From positions 40,362,001 through 40,426,000 of the forward strand of contig OX638157.1 of the NCBI GenBank assembly GCA_951804945.1: 64,000 nucleotides of DNA, written 5' to 3'. Below, one piece after another: positions 40,926 through 50,463 of the stretch. Numbering within the stretch: position 1 is the first letter of the stretch; each line of letters opens with the position of its first letter. A model generated the notes under the pieces. It saw nothing but the letters and a program-made list of their open reading frames with translations, made no database searches and was not told the DNA's origin. This DNA is from Podarcis cretensis (lineage: Eukaryota). The translations under genes were made by a program, and so were the position numbers.

Positions 40926-42789
40926 TATTCATGAGTTATCTACACACACACATCCTGCATAAATTTCTAATAAAGTTGTGGGTGTATTTAATGAAACTCA
41001 GTTCTAAAGGAAACTGTTCTTCCTATCTTTCTACTCAGGTACCAGGCAGATGGAAAATTTGCAGAATATCCTGTTATTTAGGTCACACACTGAATTTCTT
41101 GAAGACAGCTTTCTATTTCCTATAAAAACTGCATTATTATTTCAGTGCAAAACATGGGAGCTATTTCTTCTGCAGCTTCCACAATGTAGAACATTTCAGC
41201 ATTTATCTACAGAAGTCAGATTTTAAAAGAAAGAGATTTTATAGTTATTTCACGACACATAGGAGAACGATGAGTGGGCAGGAAACTTCAGAGCAGTACT
41301 TCACTTCTGTAGTATGCCTGATCACACACGCTAGCAATACTTTGTACAGATGCTGCAATGCTTCAGAGACTTAAATAGATTTCTGTATTATAAAACAGTT
41401 GGTTGTCTGTAGCTTCTTGATCAGTTTAATGTGGCACAACTGCTTTGTTTTTTCTTCTGTTCCAGGGAAACACGTAAAAGTTTTGTTTTGCTTTTTAAGC
41501 TACAGGCAGCTGCAAAAAGTTACAAGAGGCCTAGTGCACATATGTTTTTGCACTATTTAGTCAGAATAATTGCTTTCTATTTATTATACATAGCAGGTCT
41601 AGACCTCAGTTTTCCTAGGCAGAGCGTTTTCGTTCCACCCTAGTTATACATTACCAATATTTAAGTCAAATAAAAGTCTGCAGTCTTACCCAACCAAGTT
41701 GTATGGACATTGTGAATGCATTGCCTACATTTAACTTCTAAAGGGATATCAGTTCTATTTGCACCAACCAACAACCCTCAGCAGGGCCACAAATGATTTG
41801 CAAAAGAACTTAAATTCTTGCAGGATCAAGAATTCGGTCTCCAGATACTTACACACATGTGGAACACTATACACTGTGCCGTTGAGCTTTCCATTCCACT
41901 TTTTAAAGCCAGATTACATTTAAGCAGTGTTGGGGTACAGCCTTCTCAACTCAACCATTCTTACCTATGGTTGAGACAGCAATATAACTTATCCTCATCT
42001 AATGATTATGTAAATGTACATTGAACAGGCACCACCATTCAGAATATCGCATAATTACTATCTGTTGCCATTACAATTGTGATATTCAAATATAATCTCA
42101 CCGTTAAACAAATCCTTCTGTTTTGGTGTAGCATTTGTCATTCTCCAAGGAAATTCTTATTACTAGGAAAAGTTGAGTGCTACCAAGATAAGTAACACTG
42201 GTGCACAATGTTTCCAGTTCTACCCAAATTGGTAGAAATATCTACAAAGAGTTATATTGCTATGGTTACTGAAAATGGGCTTAAAATGTTCACATGGGAG
42301 AAAAGAGGCATACCTCTGCAAAATCAAAGCCTTACATCAGAGCCCTAAAATTTGCAGCACCAGCAATTGTGTGTTAACAATGGTATATTCCAACTGTGAA
42401 TTAGCCTAAAATCCCAAAATACATTTAAGCATTGCAAACAGATATAACAGCACAACTATTTAGAACCTAAGTGCTTTCAAATGACTACTATGAAGGTGTA
42501 AATAGCAGGAAAGTTCCTTGATAGAAGCTATACCTCGGGAAAGCAAGGAAACAGAACAACTGTGAGTGGAAAAAGTATTGCAGCCTCACGGTTACTAAGT
42601 AAGGCCTAAGTAAGGATCCCTTCCGGGAGAATAGCTTACCAGATGCACCACCCTGTGACAAATAGGTAGGCGGGCAGCCTTAACTGTAAGGATGAAGTAA
42701 TATGAATGTGGGTAGAATGTATTGCTTTCCTTATGTTTCACCACATACCATCCTTCTCCTTTAAAGAGTTAGAAAGATGATTGCCTTAC

Positions 42790-43026
42790 CAGATTAAACA
42801 CAGTTTCCACAATATCCCTGTTGGATACTTCTCCGACTTCCACCAGTCCTGTCAGAACAGCAAATTTCATCCTGATACCACGAATAGGGATTCCTGGATT
42901 CAAAGGCTGCAGCTTGCTCTCCATTTCGGCCGTGTTTCCTTCTTTTCCTCCTCCGGTACCACCTCCCCCTCCTCCATCATCACCTGTTGGCCGAGGAGAA
43001 GCAACCTGTTTGTCTTCACTCGCCAT
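42790..43026 (-). CDS. LRBA: LRBA first coding exon (CDS part), MASEDKQVASPRPTGDDGGG...GIRMKFAVLTGLVEVGEVSNRDIVETVFNL
   Basis: Translation matches the LRBA N-terminus (MASED...IRGIRMKFAVLTGLVEVGEVSNRDIVETVFNL). ATG context GCTATGG; donor CTG|GTAAGG at 42789; 79 codons, phase 0. The 5'UTR part of the exon extends to an acceptor at 43169 (TTTTCAG) or 43176 (TCTTTAG). Confidence 0.97.
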
Positions 43027-43379
43027 AGCTTAGTTCACTTCCAGGTTGCCAGCAGAAGCCAGCACCTCAGAAATAAAAAGAGTTCAATCCGTAGCCTCAG
43101 GTCCAGTTTCTGAGCACTGAGATAATCTTGTTTTCCTTCCCTCGGCGCAAGGACAGCGGCCTCTTTAATCTGAAAACTAAAGAAAAAAATACAATTAAAG
43201 TAAAATATTAGTAGCAGGTGCAGCTTGTTGAAAACATTTGAAAAAGCCTGTCATCTAACTAATCAAGAAACACTACCCCATTCTCTCTTTGCACTCACCC
43301 CCCCTCAACCCAGAAAATGAGGGCAGGTGCAACTGCATCAGGCAGGTGAGCCCCTTTCTTTGTCAGGCACTAAACTTGC

Positions 43380-44240
43380 CTGCAAGGAAGAGAGCGCGGG
43401 ACTCCCGAAGGCGTTTACTTCTGTATTATTATTATTATTATTATTATAGACGCGCCTCTCCCCTGCCCCGCTCTGTTTCTGCAGTGCTTCCCTCCGCCGT
43501 CCTTGTGCTCCAGCAGCTGAGGTAACTGCAAGCTCCGCTCCTCCCTTCACGCACAGTCACAGGTGCAAGGACAAAGTAGGGCCGGCAAAGAAGTTCCCAC
43601 TCACGCAGCCCTGCTGCTGCTCCTCGCCTCTGCCGCGGACGGGGCCGGCGGGGAGGGACGAGGCTCTGCCGACCCCAGGCAGCTCCACGGGCGGGAGGTG
43701 TCTCCGGTGCTTCCCCACCAACAGCCTGGCTTCTACCTGCCCGGGGTAGAGAAGAGGGATGGGCAAAGAACTTCGACCTCAGGCAAGCGGCTGGAAGTTT
43801 CCTGTGCAGCTCCTTCACTCCGCCGACGCCGCGAGGAGCTCCTCCATCGCTTCCTGCCTGCCTTAGCAGTTGCTGCGGCGGCGGCTGCTGCTGCTGCTGC
43901 TGCTGCTCTCTGCCGCCATGACAGCGCTGTGCCGAGCCCCGGGAGTGTTGCCGGGCGAGCGGCAAGTGCGCCTGCGCGGCGGCCAAGAGCGGGCGGGGCA
44001 GGGAGGCGAGAAGGCAGCGGGCTTGGTGGAGGGGGGGGGAGGAGGCGCCCGCGCAGGCTCAGGTGAGCACAGGTGTGTCCAGGTGAGGCGCAGGCGTAGC
44101 CCGAACGAAGGTTCCCGTCTGTTCTCCTCGAGGCAAGGGAAACGCTGCGCCGTTGCTGTGAAGGAGAGCTGTGTTATCTCCTTTCTTTTCTTCTTTTAGT
44201 TTCGGGCAAGCGGCACCTGAAGGGCAAGCGGCAGTTTCAG
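43380..44240. promoter_or_regulatory. LRBA: CpG-island promoter of LRBA with non-coding first exon(s)
   Basis: Dense CpG/GC block in otherwise CpG-poor DNA, directly upstream of the first coding exon. NRF1-like TGCGCCTGCGC 43967-43977; GC box GGGCGGGG 43991-43998. Candidate minus-strand donors: GCAG|GTAGAA (exon end 43737), TGC|GTGAGT (43605), GGG|GTGAGT (43299). Confidence 0.85.
43875..43907. repeat. (GCG)3(GCT)8 triplet repeat in probable LRBA 5'UTR
   Basis: Direct reading. Confidence 0.95.
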
Positions 44241-44546
44241 GAAACTGCAAACCTACCTTTTTAGATAGGTCCAGGAAACCTGAGGGGCAAGGAATTAGTA
44301 GCGTCTTTTTATTTGTTGCGTCTTCACGCACTATGGACATCTGGTGACTTGAGGTGCTAGTCCTGTCGAATTCAGGACTGCTTCCGGGGAAACGTGGTCC
44401 CGTGTAGATTGAGATGGGGAGGCGGCGGGGGGAGCGGATGCCCTTTAGCACTGGTGTGGATAATATACGAAAATGAAACCTCTGCTGAACAGGGTTCAAC
44501 GTTCAACTGGGTTTCTTAATTGTTCTTGGCTGCTTTCTAGTTTGCA

Positions 44547-45344
44547 AAGTATATACACAAAGTATCAAATGTGGTGACAGTAGTAATCATACAACAAAAC
44601 AACACCACCACAAACTGGCTTATAAGTACAATATGAACCAAATTTACTAGAACAATAGCTAGAATAGAGATAGACTTGTAACCATTCAAACAACAAACAT
44701 ACTAAGGTGCCATGTGCAAGACAAAGCCTGAAGATACTGTAAACATGGAGTGGATAAATGTACAACTCTATCTTAACAAGTTACATTTGCAGTAAACATT
44801 ATGCAGACTGGATAAATGAACCGTTCACCACAAGTGGGCAAAAGGAGTATACTTTCTTTATCCTGAGCAAACCGTTTTGTATGATTGGCTTTTCGGACTG
44901 ATGAAGCGTGTAGCGAAACCTGTAATATATCCAGAGTACAGGTCTCCTTTTGCCCACTTGCGTTATTTTCACCAGGGTGGTGGCTTTGATTTGTCTTCCC
45001 ATGATTGATCCATGCATACAGCTTTGTGTTTCCAACTCAGGACCCATTGAAGAACATCTCATCCAGCTCAATCTTTGAAAAACAGCTTTGAAAAACTTTT
45101 CCATATTCTCCAGTGTGCTACCCTTGACATTGTGGTGGCACGGGGTTGCCATTCTGTGATTGGACTTACGCTGCTTGTTGAACAGTTCATTTAACCAGTC
45201 TGTATAATGTATCTCCAGGCTTTGTCTTGCACATGGCACCTTAGTATGTTTGTTGTTTGAATGGTTACAAGTCTATCTCTATTCTATTATTCTAGTGAAT
45301 TTGGTTTTATACTTATAAGCCAGTTTGTGGTGGTGGTGTTTTGT
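44547..45344 (+). mobile_element. Non-autonomous hammerhead-carrying retroelement (retrozyme-like or Penelope pLTR-like) with inverted 5' segment
   Basis: 16-bp direct repeat TGCTTTCTAGTTTGCA at 44531-44546 and 45345-45360; long inverted repeat (44592-44830 vs 45175-45346, with a perfect 71-bp core); central hammerhead; no polyA tail; no recognisable RT or endonuclease ORF. Confidence 0.82.
44895..44947 (+). ncRNA. Type I hammerhead ribozyme, predicted cleavage after GUC at 44944
   Basis: GGA-CUGAUGA(44898-44904)-A-GC[GUGUA]GC-GAAA(44915-44918). Stem III ACCUGUA(44918-24)/UACAGGU(44937-43), 7 bp; C17=44944; stem I GGA(44895-97)/UCC(44945-47), possibly extended by GGC(44887-89)/GCC(44952-54) across a U-rich internal loop. 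Confidence 0.88.
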
Positions 45345-46452
45345 TGCTTTCTAGTTTGCATCAAAATGAAGGCTCGTATATGATCATATCAATCCTGGTT
45401 ATAGTTGTATAAAGTTGCATACCCGTCAAACAATCGTTTTGAAAACTAAAAACACAACACTTTGACTCACTGTTCCTAGTTTTTATAAGACTATACACGT
45501 TCCAATGACACTTGTATGCCAAAGAGCATGTTGCCATCAACACCTGACAGAACCATCAGTGGCCAGAAGGACCTGTTGGGGCAGCTCCTCCCCCACCTTA
45601 CCTGAGGCTACTTAAGACCTGCTTGTCCTAAAGGGAAGGCAAAACCTTTGAAGCCCAAGGTAGGGCCATCAGTTCCTACAGAACATTTTAGCTAATAATA
45701 TTTTGTACCATTTGTATGAATGCTGCATTTTAAATTGTAAAACGCCATGGATACCTTGCATTTGCATTCATTGGTTAATATAATGCAATGAAAATATACA
45801 AAAATAGTTCACGTGGTTGGGTGGTTAGCTCTAAGAGGCCTCAAACTACTTGGAACTATTCAGTAGCACAGTTCCACTATAAAATGAGTATGAGGCAAAT
45901 CGAATATCAGTTTTGTAACTCTGCTTAAAATAAGTAATAAACTGATCAGCATATATTGTTCAGAGTGTACCACTTGTTTTGGACTTGGCTGGGTCCTTTG
46001 TCCTTCCAAAATTGCAAAATATACCCGTAAGTCTTCTACATGTAGAGGTCTGTGAAAGCTGTGTTTGCTGTAATGTGTAAAGAGCACTGCAAGCTTGGTT
46101 TTTTGTTTTGTTTGGTTTTTGTATTATGAGTACAGGGGAATCCCTGCTTACATGGGGGTTCTGTTCTGAGTCACTGCCCAGAAATAAGTTCCAGCACGTT
46201 CCACTCCCATTCCACCTGTGGCCCACCCTGTTCCGCCCCTTTTTTGTGCCCAAACTGGCATGTGTGTCAATGGTTGCCTATCATGTGCAAGTGGGGAGGT
46301 GCCTGTACATAGGTCAGCCAAAGCAACACTTGTCCATCACACATTCTCCTGCTGCTAGAATCAAACTTCCAAAATGCAGGTAGCGTAATTGGTCCTAATC
46401 GCCAGCCACAATCCCTTTATTTTCCTCTCACTGGTTTCTTGGTTGTCTAGAA

Positions 46453-46588
46453 CAGGCTTCCTCAACCTCGGCCCTCCAGGCGTTTTTGGCCTACAACTCC
46501 CATGATCCCTAGCTAGCGGGACCAGTGGTCAGGGATGATGGGAATTGTAGTCTCAAAACATCTGGAGAGCCGAGGTTGAGGAAGCCTG
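46453..46588. mobile_element. hAT MITE, 136 bp, near-palindromic
   Basis: CAGGCTTCCTCAACC TIRs; TSD GTCTAGAA / GTCTAGAC. Confidence 0.92.
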
Positions 46589-46782
46589 GTCTAGACCGAA
46601 TACAGCCAGCATGGTGCTGGACTGCAACTCACATCATCCCTGACCACTAAGCATGTTGGCTGGGACTCATGGAAGTTGGGAGTCCAACAACATCTAGAGG
46701 GCATCACGTTGGCTAGTTCCCATACATGTGCACTTGAAAGAATAAAAAGTTACAGCTATCAGAATCCACAAAATCAGTATGG

Positions 46783-46991
46783 GCAGGTCAGTTGGTAGAG
46801 CATGAGACTCTTAATTTCAAGGTTGGTGTGTTCAAGCCCCATGTTGGGCAAAACAGTTCCTGCATTGCAGGGGGTTGTATTATATGTTCTGTGAACCGCC
46901 CTGAGACCTCTAGCTATAGGGCAGTATATAAATTCAATGCATAATAGTAATAATGACCCTTGTGGCCCCTTCCAACTTTACAATTCTATGA
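46783..46991 (+). mobile_element. tRNA-Lys(CTT)-derived SINE with CR1-type tail, interrupted by an L2-type tail
   Basis: TCAGTTGGTAGAGCATGAGACTCTTAAT...TTCAAGCCCCATGTTGGGC, then TTCCTGCATTGCAGGGGGTTG..ATGACCCTTGTGGCCCCTTCCAACT..TTCTATGA, matching the CR1 end at 62073-62146. Confidence 0.8.
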
Positions 46992-47607
46992 CAAAAGAAC
47001 TCATTTCATACACTGCATTCCATCATATCATTGCAGATTTCTATAGAATTGATTTTCTATCCCCCTGCCCCCTTAATTGTAATAGGGAAAATACTTAACG
47101 GAGAAAGAGAAGATAACAGATTATTATTTTTGCAATAGTTACAATGGTTTATCTGTTCAGTGTAGCTGCTTGCCATGCAAATGACCCAATATTAAGTGAA
47201 ATGAGCTGCAATAAATTGTTGTGGTTGTAAATACCAAAACACGTTTATTACTACTTTATCTGAACATATCCTTATTTGCATTATAAATTTGTTGTATCTT
47301 TCATCTGCAATAAAGTTGTCCTACTAAATTAGTAGCCTTTCTACACCATGCAATGATTGGCTCAGTCTCATCATCATTGTAACTTTTGGTATTATTTTTT
47401 CACACCTGAGGCAATCAAGAAAATGCCCCCCCCCCAAAAAAAAAAAAATCAGGGAAGAAGGGGAGAGTGAAGATCTACAACAGGAATAAGGAGGGAATAA
47501 AGTTTTACATTGGAAACAAGGGTAGGAGGAGACCAGAAGTGCTGCTGTAGAGGCAGGTAGGGGCTGCCGAGGTGGCAGCAGATCCGATCTCCAAGGAGCG
47601 CACCAGA

Positions 47608-47608
47608 G

Positions 47609-47642
<34 letters not shown>

Positions 47643-47643
47643 C
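47608..47643. repeat. (GCTGTC)n hexamer repeat
   Basis: Five perfect units plus one variant. Confidence 0.95.
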
Positions 47644-48483
47644 ACTGACACATTCATTGGAGGCCAGATTTGCTGGCCCTGTGGATCCTGCCACCTGAGG
47701 CGGTCCTGATTTTCCCCTTGAGGTCTTTTACCCACATACTACTTAGGCTCAAGTTAGTTTTCTAGACAAACAGAATCACAAACTATAGTGGCCTGGCTAA
47801 GAACCTTCACAAAAAAATATAAAGAATATGCAGTCAGTATTTAAGACTTTAACTATTATCTGCAATATTCTTTATAATATGGCAAGGAATTCTGTGACTT
47901 GCAAAGCTATATTTGTATATAATTCATTTTATTCCAATGTAATCATTCATACTCGTATTGCACATTGTGAGGAAACTATAAGCCTGTGCAAAACCACATA
48001 GTTTGCCTTTTCTTGTCACCTTGAACTTCCTGTTGTTGTTTTCCTGTGTTGAAAAGTCTGCAGATCTTTAGCACGATATGCAGGAACTTGCAAATCTCAT
48101 CTATACTGAGACTTCTTAATTGACTTATTTCTATGCAAGGTCTGCTTTTATATGTTATAATGATGATTATATTAGTAAATCAAGTTAAGCATGTTTGTCC
48201 AGGTTTTTAAATGAAAAGCAAGGAAGTCTATCAGTCTTACCAAGCAGTGACTAACTCTTCTAATATTATCCCACCAGTAATGTATTGAAAGCTAAACTAG
48301 GTGTGTGAACAAACTGATCTATTAAAAGATAAAGATAAGCTGTGTCAGAACTTGTTTTTACCACGTCATCACCATTACTATGTAAGAGAAGTCCTAATAC
48401 TCTGTTTACCATCTTAATGAAACCCCCACAGAAACCAATCTGGAGATTTGAGGTAAGGGAGAAACTGTCTGCAGACAAACGTT

Positions 48484-48576
48484 AGCTCCCTCGGCCAGTA
48501 AAGCGAGATGAGCGCCGCAAACCCAGAGTCGTTTGCGACTGGATTTAACTGTCAGGGGTCCTTTATCTTTACCTTT
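48484..48576 (+). mobile_element. Sauria-type SINE 3' fragment
   Basis: GCTCCCTCGGCCAGTAAAGCGAGATGAGCGCCGCAA...CAGGGGTCCTTTATCTTTACCTTT. Confidence 0.8.
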
Positions 48577-49074
48577 TTTATTATCAATAGGCAGGTGTTC
48601 CCTGGGTCCCTGTCAAGTAGGTAAGGCAGAAAGTTCTAAACCCACTGAGGGTAAATAAACTGAATGTTAATCCCAATGAGATTTAGCCACGGCAGGCGCT
48701 ACAACCTTCCAGCGTCTTGACCTCACCCCCAAAGATGCAGTCATCCATTGTCTCTCCAGACAGATGGATGTGAACCTCTACAACCCTGTGGGTGATCAGT
48801 CTGACCAAAGAGGCTATGTTCATCCCTGAGTAGATTTGCAGCCACACTTAAAGAACAAGTTCACAGATTGGGGATCCAACACTGTTTAATGCCTTTATGA
48901 AAGTCCTACGGTATCTCAACTGGATATGAATTTTGATTCCTAGATGGCATCTATGCCACAAAGTGCTTTTCAGTAGCTAAGGCTGGTGCACTAATTGTCA
49001 CACACCCACACACACACACCCCAGACAGGAATACTCTGGTTATCTATACGTTGGTAACATACAGGTAAGACTAC

Positions 49075-49650
49075 AGCAACACGTTACATATAGGACTGCC
49101 CTTGAATTCTACATGGAAACTTAAATTGGTGCAGAATATGGCAACCAAATGTTTCTCATGAACTAGATGCATGGAGCTTACGTTGCTGTTGTTAAAGCAC
49201 AGTCTTCCTCAGCATTCTGGGGCAAAATTCAAAGCTCCATTATTGGGGCCTACTGTAGGTGCTTATACTCATATGGGCCTGCTGCTTGTTAGTATCTTTC
49301 TTTAGGTCACCTTGCCTTTGAAAGTTGGACAGGTGACAGAGAGAGGGCCTTTTCTGTGGTGATATCAACTGTGGACCCCATCCCAGAGAAAACTCACCTG
49401 ACACCAAATACTGTAGTTCTGGGTACCACGTCAAAATCATTTATCTGCCTAGGTTTTTAATGATCAATGAGGCTAACTTTAGTGCTGCTTTCAAGTTTTT
49501 TATTGTTTTGTAGCTTATTATTTTGTGTAGTTTCCTATGTGTTACTGGTTTTATTGTGCTTAAAATTAGTAATGCTATTGTATTATTGATTTTTTTTGTT
49601 TTGTTTTCAAAAGCAGTATTGATTTTTTTTAATTAAAAGGTGAAAGATAA
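49075..49650 (+). mobile_element. L2 LINE 3' fragment (old)
   Basis: GACTACAGCAACACGTTATACATAGGACTGCCCTTGAA..AAATTGGTGCAGAAT and AGGGCCTTTTCTGTGGTG, shared with the 63.4-63.8 kb copy. Confidence 0.6.
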
Positions 49651-50094
49651 ATGCATTAAACAATCAGTTTTTTTAAGGTCCCTGAAAGAATCCATGTGAT
49701 ATGTTTTTCTCCTGCATTATATTTAAATCCTGGATGTATGAGGTATATGTTTACATTAATCATAGGCTCTGCATTATATGCTGAACTCTAAACCATGAGA
49801 TAGGAAACACATATATCGTGGATTCATGCACAAATTTCACATATACACAGCGTCTAAAACAACAGTGAGTGACCAGGAAAAAAAGACCAGGCAATTATAC
49901 TGAATAGCTTGATGGAGATGTTGAGTCAGTATGTGTCAGCTATGAAACAAGCAAATTCCTAAATTGCCAGAATCATGATGTTGTTATGCAAATCTCTGGT
50001 GACACCATACTGGAAAAGCTGGAAAAGGGTTTTGGCTGCCCTTGGAAAGCAAACGATTGAAGGGCTGGTGCAAATTCCCTATGAGGAAAGGTTA

Positions 50095-50463
50095 CAATCA
50101 TATTACCCCTTAACCTCCTCTTCTCCAGGCTAAACATGCCCAGCTCCCTTAGCCGTTCCTCATAAGGCATCGTTTCCAGGCCTTTGACCATTTTGGTTGC
50201 CCTCCTCTGGACACGTTCCAGTTTGTCAGTGTCCTTCTTGAACTGTGGTGCCCAGAACTGGACACAGTACTCCAGGTGAGGTCTGACCAGAACAGAATAC
50301 AGTGGCACTATTACTTCCCTTGATCTAGATGCAATACTCCTATTGACGCAGCCCAGAATTGCATTGGCTTTTTTAGCTGCCGCGTCACACTGTTGGCTCA
50401 TGTCAAGTTTGTGGTCAACCAAGACTCCTAGATCCTTTTCACATGTACTGCTCTCAAGCCAGG
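50095..50463 (-). mobile_element. CR1 LINE fragment
   Basis: [18 protein letters not shown]...[18 protein letters not shown]...EKRRLRG. Confidence 0.92.

Noticed and set aside
43444-44066. Long ORFs with polyQ (180 aa, -) and polyA (167 aa, +)
   Set aside because: Expected by-products of a GC-rich island plus a triplet repeat; no recognisable homology.
44799-45239. 146-aa ORF inside the hammerhead element
   Set aside because: Antisense to the ribozyme, crosses the inversion junction, and has no RT, GIY-YIG or transposase motifs.
44547-45344. Reading the element as a foldback DNA transposon with long TIRs
   Set aside because: The repeats are not terminal on the left (45 extra nt), a 16-bp TSD is atypical for cut-and-paste elements, and the arms are explained by inversion of a tandem RNA.
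46783-46850. tRNA-Lys(CTT) gene
   Set aside because: Acceptor stem broken, several substitutions, and it runs directly into a CR1-type tail; a SINE head.
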